From Auanema rhodensis (Eukaryota; Animalia; Nematoda), in NCBI GenBank assembly GCA_964057225.1, contig OZ059894.1, positions 22,444,001 to 22,508,000 on the forward strand: a DNA stretch of 64,000 nt, in the 5' to 3' direction. Positions 53,801 through 64,000 of the stretch are shown one piece after another. The first letter of the stretch is position 1, and each line of letters starts with the position of its first letter. A program made the position numbers and the translations under genes. A model generated the notes under the pieces. That model was not told the DNA's origin. It made no database searches and worked only from the letters and a program-made list of their open reading frames with translations.

Positions 53801-56800
53801 CGATTTTCACCCTGAAGAATTAATTTTTTCGTTGAATAACATTGTCCATCGTCTTTGCCTTGAAAAATGAAATCTAAAAACATCTACTTTTTGCTAAATT
53901 ATTTTGAAATTTTTCGAAAAAATTTTTGTCAAAATGTTTTTGGAAGCATTGTTGAGTGTACATGGAAACTCAACATACACTAATGCATCATTTTTCAAAC
54001 GATCATAACTAATTTTTGTATCAAGCGTTTCTCAATGTAGTTTAGTGCATTCGATGCGGATTTTTAAGCTGCGTCGATCTGTGTTATCAGATTTGCGCTA
54101 GCTTAAAAATGCACCGAGATATCAACTGATATAAGTTCACACTTATATCCTCGATTTTCACCCTGAAGAATTAATTTTTTCGTTGAATAACATTGTCCAT
54201 CGTCTTTGCCTTGAAAAATGAAATCTAAAAACATCTACTTTTTGCTAAATTATTTTGAAATTTTTCGAAAAAATTTTTGTCAAAATGTTTTTGGAAGCAT
54301 TGTTGAGTGTACATGGAAACTCAACATACACTAATGCATCATTTTTCAAACGATCATAACTAATTTTTGTATCAAGCGTTTCTCAATGTAGTTTAGTGCA
54401 TTCGATGCGGATTTTTAAGCTGCGTCGATCTGTGTTATCAGATTTGCGCTAGCTTAAAAATGCACCGAGATATCAACTGATATAAGTTCACACTTATATC
54501 CTCGATTTTCACCCTGAAGGAATAATTTTTTTGTTGAATAACATTGTCCATCGTCTTTGCCTTGAAAAAAGGAATCTAAAAACATCTACTTTTTGCTAAA
54601 TTATTTTGAAATTTTTCGAAAAAATTTTTGTCAAAATGTTTTTGGAAGCATTGTTGAGTGTACATGGAAACTCAACATACACTAATGCATCATTTTTCAA
54701 ACGATCATAACTAATTTTTGTATTAAGCGTTTCTCAATGTAGTATAGTGCATTCGATGCGGATTTTTAAGCTGCGTCGATCTCTGTTATCAGATTTGCGC
54801 TAGCTTAAAAATGCACCGAGATATCAACTGATATAAGTTCACACTTATATCCTCGATTTTCACCCTGAAGAATTAATTTTTTCGTTGAATAACATTGTCC
54901 ATCGTCTTTGCCTTGAATAAAGGAATCTAAAAACATCTACTTTTTGCTAAATTATTTTGAAATTTTTCGAAAAAATTTTTGTCAAAATGTTTTTGGAAGC
55001 AATGTTGAGTGTACATGGAAACTCAACATACACTAATGCATCATTTTTCAAACGATCATAACTAATTTTTGTGTTAAGCGTTTCTCAATGTAGTATAGTG
55101 CATTCGATGCGGATTTTTAAGCTGCGTCGATCTGTGTTATCAGATTTGCGCTAGCTTAAAAATGCACCGAGATATCAACTGATATAAGTTCACACTTATA
55201 TCCTCGATTTTCACCCTGAAGGAATAATTTTTTTGTTGAATAACATTGTCCATCGTCTTTGCCTTGAAAAAAGGAATCTAAAAACATCTACTTTTTGCTA
55301 AATTATTTTGAAATTTTTCGAAAAAATTTTTGTCAAAATGTTTTTGGAAGCATTGTTGAGTGTACATGGAAACTCAACATACACTAATGCATCATTTTTC
55401 AAACGATCATAACTAATTTTTGTATTAAGCGTTTCTCAATGTAGTATAGTGCATTCGATGCGGATTTTTAAGCTGCGTCGATCTCTGTTATCAGATTTGC
55501 GCTAGCTTAAAAATGCACCGAGATATCAACTGATATAAGTTCACACTTATATCCTCGATTTTCACCCTGAAGAATTAATTTTTTCGTTGAATAACATTGT
55601 CCATCGTCTTTGCCTTGAATAAAGGAATCTAAAAACATCTACTTTTTGCTAAATTATTTTGAAATTTTTCGAAAAAATTTTTGTCAAAATGTTTTTGGAA
55701 GCAATGTTGAGTGTACATGGAAACTCAACATACACTAATGCATCATTTTTCAAACGATCATAACTAATTTTTGTGTTAAGCGTTTCTCAATGTAGTATAG
55801 TGCATTCGATGCGGATTTTTAAGCTGCGTCGATCTGTGTTATCAGATTTGCGCTAGCTTAAAAATGCACCGAGATATCAACTGATATAAGTTCACACTTA
55901 TATCCTCGATTTTCACCCTGAAGGAATAATTTTTTTGTTGAATAACATTGTCCATCGTCTTTGCCTTGAAAAAAGGAATCTAAAAACATCTACTTTTTGC
56001 TAAATTATTTTGAAATTTTTCGAAAAAATTTTTGTCAAAATGTTTTTGGAAGCATTGTTGAGTGTACATGGAAACTCAACATACACTAATGCATCATTTT
56101 TCAAACGATCATAACTAATTTTTGTATTAAGCGTTTCTCAATGTAGTATAGTGCATTCGATGCGGATTTTTAAGCTGCGTCGATCTCTGTTATCAGATTT
56201 GCGCTAGCTTAAAAATGCACCGAGATATCAACTGATATAAGTTCACACTTATATCCTCGATTTTCACCCTGAAGGAATAATTTTTTCGTTGAATAGCATT
56301 GTCCATCGTCTTTGCCTTGAAAAAAGGAATCTAAAAACATCTACTTTTTGCTAAATTATTTTGAAATTTTTCGAAAAAATTTTTGTCAAAATGTTTTTGG
56401 AAGCATTGTTGAGTGTACATGGAAACTCAACATACACTAATGCATCATTTTTCAAACGATCATTACTAATTTTTGTATCAAGCGTTTCTCAATGTAGTTT
56501 AGTGCATTCGATGCGGATTTTTAAGCTGCGTCGATCTGTGTTATCAGATTTGCGCTAGCTTAAAAATGCACCGAGATATCAACTGATATAAGTTCACACT
56601 TATATCCTCGATTTTCACCCTGAAGGAATAATTTTTTCGTTGAATAACATTGTCCATCGTCTTTGCCTTGAAAAAAGTAATCTAAAAACATCTACTTTTT
56701 GCTAAATTATTTTGAAATTTTTCGAAAAAATTTTTGTCAAAATGTTTTTGGAAGCATTGTTGAGTGTACATGGAAACTCAACATACACTAATGCATCATT

Positions 56801-59800
56801 TTTCAAACGATCATTACTAATTTTTGTATTAAGCGTTTCTCAATGTAGTTTAGTGCATTCGATGCGGATTTTTAAGCTGCGTCGATCTGTGTTATCAGAT
56901 TTGCGCTAGCTTAAAAATGCACCGAGATATCAACTGATATAAGTTCACACTTATATCCTCGATTTTCACCCTGAAGGAATGATTTTTTCGTTGAATAACA
57001 TTGTCCATCGTCTTTGCCTTGAAAAAAGGAATCTAAAAACATCTACTTTTTGCTAAATTATTTTGAAATTTTTCGAAAAAATTTTTGTCAAAATGTTTTT
57101 GGAAGCAATGTTGAGTGTACATGGAAACTCAACATACACTAATGCATCATTTTTCAAACGATCATAACTAATTTTTGTATTAAGCGTTTCTCAATGTAGT
57201 ATAGTGCATTCGATGCGGATTTTTAAGCTGCGTCGATCTGTGTTATCAGATTTGCGCTAGCTTAAAAATGCACCGAGATATCAACTGATATAAGTTCACA
57301 CTTATATCCTCGATTTTCACCCTGAAGAATTAATTTTTTCGTTGAATAACATTGTCCATCGTCTTTGCCTTGAAAAATGAAATCTAAAAACATCTACTTT
57401 TTGCTAAATTATTTTGAAATTTTTCGAAAAAATTTTTGTCAAAATGTTTTTGGAAGCATTGTTGAGTGTACATGGAAACTCAACATACACTAATGCATCA
57501 TTTTTCAAACGATCATAACTAATTTTTGTATCAAGCGTTTCTCAATGTAGTTTAGTGCATTCGATGCGGATTTTTAAGCTGCGTCGATCTGTGTTATCAG
57601 ATTTGCGCTAGCTTAAAAATGCACCGAGATATCAACTGATATAAGTTCACACTTATATCCTCGATTTTCACCCTGAAGAATTAATTTTTTCGTTGAATAA
57701 CATTGTCCATCGTCTTTGCCTTGAAAAATGAAATCTAAAAACATCTACTTTTTGCTAAATTATTTTGAAATTTTTCGAAAAAATTTTTGTCAAAATGTTT
57801 TTGGAAGCATTGTTGAGTGTACATGGAAACTCAACATACACTAATGCATCATTTTTCAAACGATCATAACTAATTTTTGTATCAAGCGTTTCTCAATGTA
57901 GTTTAGTGCATTCGATGCGGATTTTTAAGCTGCGTCGATCTGTGTTATCAGATTTGCGCTAGCTTAAAAATGCACCGAGATATCAACTGATATAAGTTCA
58001 CACTTATATCCTCGATTTTCACCCTGAAGAATTAATTTTTTCGTTGAATAACATTGTCCATCGTCTTTGCCTTGAAAAAAGGAATCTAAAAACATCTACT
58101 TTTTGCTAAATTATTTTGAAATTTTTCGAAAAAATTTTTGTCAAAATGTTTTTGGAAGCAATGTTGAGTGTACATGGAAACTCAACATACACTAATGCAT
58201 CATTTTTCAAACGATCATAACTAATTTTTGTATTAAGCGTTTCTCAATGTAGTATAGTGCATTCGATGCGGATTTTTAAGCTGCGTCGATCTGTGTTATC
58301 AGATTTGCGCTAGCTTAAAAATGCACCGAGATATCAACTGATATAAGTTCACACTTATATCCTCGATTTTCACCCTGAAGGAATGATTTTTTCGTTGAAT
58401 AACATTGTCCATCGTCTTTGCCTTGAAAAAAGGAATCTAAAAACATCTACTTTTTGCTAAATTATTTTGAAATTTTTCGAAAAAATTTTTGTCAAAATGT
58501 TTTTGGAAGCAATGTTGAGTGTACATGGAAACTCAACATACACTAATGCATCATTTTTCAAACGATCATAACTAATTTTTGTATCAAGCGTTTCTCAATG
58601 TAGTTTAGTGCATTCGATGCGGATTTTTAAGCTGCGTCGATCTGTGTTATCAGATTTGCGCTAGCTTAAAAATGCACCGAGATATCAACTGATATAAGTT
58701 CACACTTATATCCTCGATTTTCACCCTGAAGAATTAATTTTTTCGTTGAATAACATTGTCCATCGTCTTTGCCTTGAAAAAAGGAATCTAAAAACATCTA
58801 CTTTTTGCTAAATTATTTTGAAATTTTTCGAAAAAATTTTTGTCAAAATGTTTTTGGAAGCAATGTTGAGTGTACATGGAAACTCAACATACACTAATGC
58901 ATCATTTTTCAAACGATCATAACTAATTTTTGTATTAAGCGTTTCTCAATGTAGTATAGTGCATTCGATGCGGATTTTTAAGCTGCGTCGATCTGTGTTA
59001 TCAGATTTGCGCTAGCTTAAAAATGCACCGAGATATCAACTGATATAAGTTCACACTTATATCCTCGATTTTCACCCTGAAGAATTAATTTTTTCGTTGA
59101 ATAACATTGTCCATCGTCTTTGCCTTGAAAAATGAAATCTAAAAACATCTACTTTTTGCTAAATTATTTTGAAATTTTTCGAAAAAATTTTTGTCAAAAT
59201 GTTTTTGGAAGCATTGTTGAGTGTACATGGAAACTCAACATACACTAATGCATCATTTTTCAAACGATCATAACTAATTTTTGTATCAAGCGTTTCTCAA
59301 TGTAGTTTAGTGCATTCGATGCGGATTTTTAAGCTGCGTCGATCTGTGTTATCAGATTTGCGCTAGCTTAAAAATGCACCGAGATATCAACTGATATAAG
59401 TTCACACTTATATCCTCGATTTTCACCCTGAAGAATTAATTTTTTCGTTGAATAACATTGTCCATCGTCTTTGCCTTGAAAAATGAAATCTAAAAACATC
59501 TACTTTTTGCTAAATTATTTTGAAATTTTTCGAAAAAATTTTTGTCAAAATGTTTTTGGAAGCATTGTTGAGTGTACATGGAAACTCAACATACACTAAT
59601 GCATCATTTTTCAAACGATCATAACTAATTTTTGTATCAAGCGTTTCTCAATGTAGTTTAGTGCATTCGATGCGGATTTTTAAGCTGCGTCGATCTGTGT
59701 TATCAGATTTGCGCTAGCTTAAAAATGCACCGAGATATCAACTGATATAAGTTCACACTTATATCCTCGATTTTCACCCTGAAGAATTAATTTTTTCGTT

Positions 59801-62800
59801 GAATAACATTGTCCATCGTCTTTGCCTTGAAAAATGAAATCTAAAAACATCTACTTTTTGCTAAATTATTTTGAAATTTTTCGAAAAAATTTTTGTCAAA
59901 ATGTTTTTGGAAGCATTGTTGAGTGTACATGGAAACTCAACATACACTAATGCATCATTTTTCAAACGATCATAACTAATTTTTGTATCAAGCGTTTCTC
60001 AATGTAGTTTAGTGCATTCGATGCGGATTTTTAAGCTGCGTCGATCTGTGTTATCAGATTTGCGCTAGCTTAAAAATGCACCGAGATATCAACTGATATA
60101 AGTTCACACTTATATCCTCGATTTTCACCCTGAAGGAATAATTTTTTCGTTGAATAACATTGTCCATCGTCTTTGCCTTGAAAAAAGGAATCTAAAAACA
60201 TCTACTTTTTGCTAAATTATTTTGAAATTTTTCGAAAAAATTTTTGTCAAAATGTTTTTGGAAGCAATGTTGAGTGTACATGGAAACTCAACATACACTA
60301 ATGCATCATTTTTCAAACGATCATAACTAATTTTTGTATTAAGCGTTTCTCAATGTAGTATAGTGCATTCGATGCGGATTTTTAAGCTGCGTCGATCTGT
60401 GTTATCAGATTTGCGCTAGCTTAAAAATGCACCGAGATATCAACTGATATAAGTTCACACTTATATCCTCGATTTTCACCCTGAAGAATTAATTTTTTCG
60501 TTGAATAACATTGTCCATCGTCTTTGCCTTGAAAAATGAAATCTAAAAACATCTACTTTTTGCTAAATTATTTTGAAATTTTTCGAAAAAATTTTTGTCA
60601 AAATGTTTTTGGAAGCATTGTTGAGTGTACATGGAAACTCAACATACACTAATGCATCATTTTTCAAACGATCATAACTAATTTTTGTATCAAGCGTTTC
60701 TCAATGTAGTTTAGTGCATTCGATGCGGATTTTTAAGCTGCGTCGATCTGTGTTATCAGATTTGCGCTAGCTTAAAAATGCACCGAGATATCAACTGATA
60801 TAAGTTCACACTTATATCCTCGATTTTCACCCTGAAGAATTAATTTTTTCGTTGAATAACATTGTCCATCGTCTTTGCCTTGAATAAAGGAATCTAAAAA
60901 CATCTACTTTTTGCTAAATTATTTTGAAATTTTTCGAAAAAATTTTTGTCAAAATGTTTTTGGAAGCAATGTTGAGTGTACATGGAAACTCAACATACAC
61001 TAATGCATCATTTTTCAAACGATCATAACTAATTTTTGTATTAAGCGTTTCTCAATGTAGTATAGTGCATTCGATGCGGATTTTTAAGCTGCGTCGATCT
61101 GTGTTATCAGATTTGCGCTAGCTTAAAAATGCACCGAGATATCAACTGATATAAGTTCACACTTATATCCTCGATTTTCACCCTGAAGAATTAATTTTTT
61201 CGTTGAATAACATTGTCCATCGTCTTTGCCTTGAAAAATGAAATCTAAAAACATCTACTTTTTGCTAAATTATTTTGAAATTTTTCGAAAAAATTTTTGT
61301 CAAAATGTTTTTGGAAGCATTGTTGAGTGTACATGGAAACTCAACATACACTAATGCATCATTTTTCAAACGATCATAACTAATTTTTGTATCAAGCGTT
61401 TCTCAATGTAGTTTAGTGCATTCGATGCGGATTTTTAAGCTGCGTCGATCTGTGTTATCAGATTTGCGCTAGCTTAAAAATGCACCGAGATATCAACTGA
61501 TATAAGTTCACACTTATATCCTCGATTTTCACCCTGAAGAATTAATTTTTTCGTTGAATAACATTGTCCATCGTCTTTGCCTTGAAAAATGAAATCTAAA
61601 AACATCTACTTTTTGCTAAATTATTTTGAAATTTTTCGAAAAAATTTTTGTCAAAATGTTTTTGGAAGCATTGTTGAGTGTACATGGAAACTCAACATAC
61701 ACTAATGCATCATTTTTCAAACGATCATAACTAATTTTTGTATCAAGCGTTTCTCAATGTAGTTTAGTGCATTCGATGCGGATTTTTAAGCTGCGTCGAT
61801 CTGTGTTATCAGATTTGCGCTAGCTTAAAAATGCACCGAGATATCAACTGATATAAGTTCACACTTATATCCTCGATTTTCACCCTGAAGAATTAATTTT
61901 TTCGTTGAATAACATTGTCCATCGTCTTTGCCTTGAATAAAGGAATCTAAAAACATCTACTTTTTGCTAAATTATTTTGAAATTTTTCGAAAAAATTTTT
62001 GTCAAAATGTTTTTGGAAGCAATGTTGAGTGTACATGGAAACTCAACATACACTAATGCATCATTTTTCAAACGATCATAACTAATTTTTGTATTAAGCG
62101 TTTCTCAATGTAGTATAGTGCATTCGATGCGGATTTTTAAGCTGCGTCGATCTGTGTTATCAGATTTGCGCTAGCTTAAAAATGCACCGAGATATCAACT
62201 GATATAAGTTCACACTTATATCCTCGATTTTCACCCTGAAGAATTAATTTTTTCGTTGAATAACATTGTCCATCGTCTTTGCCTTGAAAAATGAAATCTA
62301 AAAACATCTACTTTTTGCTAAATTATTTTGAAATTTTTCGAAAAAATTTTTGTCAAAATGTTTTTGGAAGCATTGTTGAGTGTACATGGAAACTCAACAT
62401 ACACTAATGCATCATTTTTCAAACGATCATAACTAATTTTTGTATCAAGCGTTTCTCAATGTAGTTTAGTGCATTCGATGCGGATTTTTAAGCTGCGTCG
62501 ATCTGTGTTATCAGATTTGCGCTAGCTTAAAAATGCACCGAGATATCAACTGATATAAGTTCACACTTATATCCTCGATTTTCACCCTGAAGAATTAATT
62601 TTTTCGTTGAATAACATTGTCCATCGTCTTTGCCTTGAATAAAGGAATCTAAAAACATCTACTTTTTGCTAAATTATTTTGAAATTTTTCGAAAAAATTT
62701 TTGTCAAAATGTTTTTGGAAGCAATGTTGAGTGTACATGGAAACTCAACATACACTAATGCATCATTTTTCAAACGATCATAACTAATTTTTGTGTTAAG

Positions 62801-64000
62801 CGTTTCTCAATGTAGTATAGTGCATTCGATGCGGATTTTTAAGCTGCGTCGATCTGTGTTATCAGATTTGCGCTAGCTTAAAAATGCACCGAGATATCAA
62901 CTGATATAAGTTCACACTTATATCCTCGATTTTCACCCTGAAGGAATAATTTTTTCGTTGAATAACATTGTCCATCGTCTTTGCCTTGAAAAAAGGAATC
63001 TAAAAACATCTACTTTTTGCTAAATTATTTTGAAATTTTTCGAAAAAATTTTTGTCAAAATGTTTTTGGAAGCATTGTTGAGTGTACATGGAAACTCAAC
63101 ATACACTAATGCATCATTTTTCAAACGATCATAACTAATTTTTGTGTTAAGCGTTTCTCAATGTAGTATAGTGCATTCGATGCGGATTTTTAAGCTGCGT
63201 CGATCTGTGTTATCAGATTTGCGCTAGCTTAAAAATGCACCGAGATATCAACTGATATAAGTTCACACTTATATCCTCGATTTTCACCCTGAAGGAATAA
63301 TTTTTTCGTTGAATAACATTGTCCATCGTCTTTGCCTTGAAAAAAGGAATCTAAAAACATCTACTTTTTGCTAAATTATTTTGAAATTTTTCGAAAAAAT
63401 TTTTGTCAAAATGTTTTTGGAAGCATTGTTGAGTGTACATGGAAACTCAACATACACTAATGCATCATTTTTCAAACGATCATAACTAATTTTTGTATTA
63501 AGCGTTTCTCAATGTAGTATAGTGCATTCGATGCGGATTTTTAAGCTGCGTCGATCTCTGTTATCAGATTTGCGCTAGCTTAAAAATGCACCGAGATATC
63601 AACTGATATAAGTTCACACTTATATCCTCGATTTTCACCCTGAAGAATTAATTTTTTCGTTGAATAACATTGTCCATCGTCTTTGCCTTGAAAAAAGGAA
63701 TCTAAAAACATCTACTTTTTGCTAAATTATTTTGAAATTTTTCGAAAAAATTTTTGTCAAAATGTTTTTGGAAGCAATGTTGAGTGTACATGGAAACTCA
63801 ACATACACTAATGCATCATTTTTCAAACGATCATAACTAATTTTTGTATTAAGCGTTTCTCAATGTAGTATAGTGCATTCGATGCGGATTTTTAAGCTGC
63901 GTCGATCTGTGTTATCAGATTTGCGCTAGCTTAAAAATGCACCGAGATATCAACTGATATAAGTTCACACTTATATCCTCGATTTTCACCCTGAAGAATT
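50885..64000. repeat. Domain E: domain-B-like X/Y monomers, with an 8-monomer block repeated 13 units (4563 bp) apart
   Basis: m178T (AAAAGTAATC) at 52115 and 56678; ORF pairs at 51798/52149 and 56361/56712. Confidence 0.82.

Larger units (their letters stand above)
1..64000. repeat. Tandem satellite DNA array, 351-bp monomer, 182 full copies plus a partial copy; extends beyond both window ends
   Basis: AGTGCATTCGATGCGG recurs at 1, 352, 703, 1054 ... 23161, 30181 ... 63521, 63872. The total offset matches 182x351 minus 11 bp (12 single-base losses, 1 gain). The orientation is constant and there is no intervening unique DNA. Confidence 0.99.

Noticed and set aside
1-64000. CRISPR array or other repeat-spacer system
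   Set aside because: The hairpins recur regularly, but the sequence between them is near-identical in every unit. There are no unique spacers and no cas genes.

Overview
The whole 64-kb window is one uninterrupted head-to-tail array of a 351-bp AT-rich (about 32% GC) satellite DNA monomer: 182 complete copies plus 129 bp, all in one orientation. I saw no genes, transposon insertions, inversions or unique sequence. Copies differ at only a few sites each, and all 21 ORFs in the track are by-products of stop-removing SNPs in particular monomer variants. This looks like a homogenised eukaryotic (peri)centromeric or heterochromatic satellite. CpG is not depleted, which would fit an invertebrate host, but I cannot name the family or organism. 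The information lies at three levels. (1) The monomer is built largely from dyads: a 51-nt hairpin, two 9-bp hairpins, a 12-bp palindrome and nested long-range inverted repeats. (2) Variant monomers form local higher-order repeats (HORs) and duplications at 2-, 4-, 5-, 6-, 7-, 10- and 13-monomer spacing, grouped into about five variant domains that recur roughly 34-39 kb apart. (3) Every length change in the array maps to one ~25-bp segment around the TTTTTCGAAAAA palindrome. Monomer positions (m) are counted from AGTGCATTCG at window base 1. All typing was done by eye.
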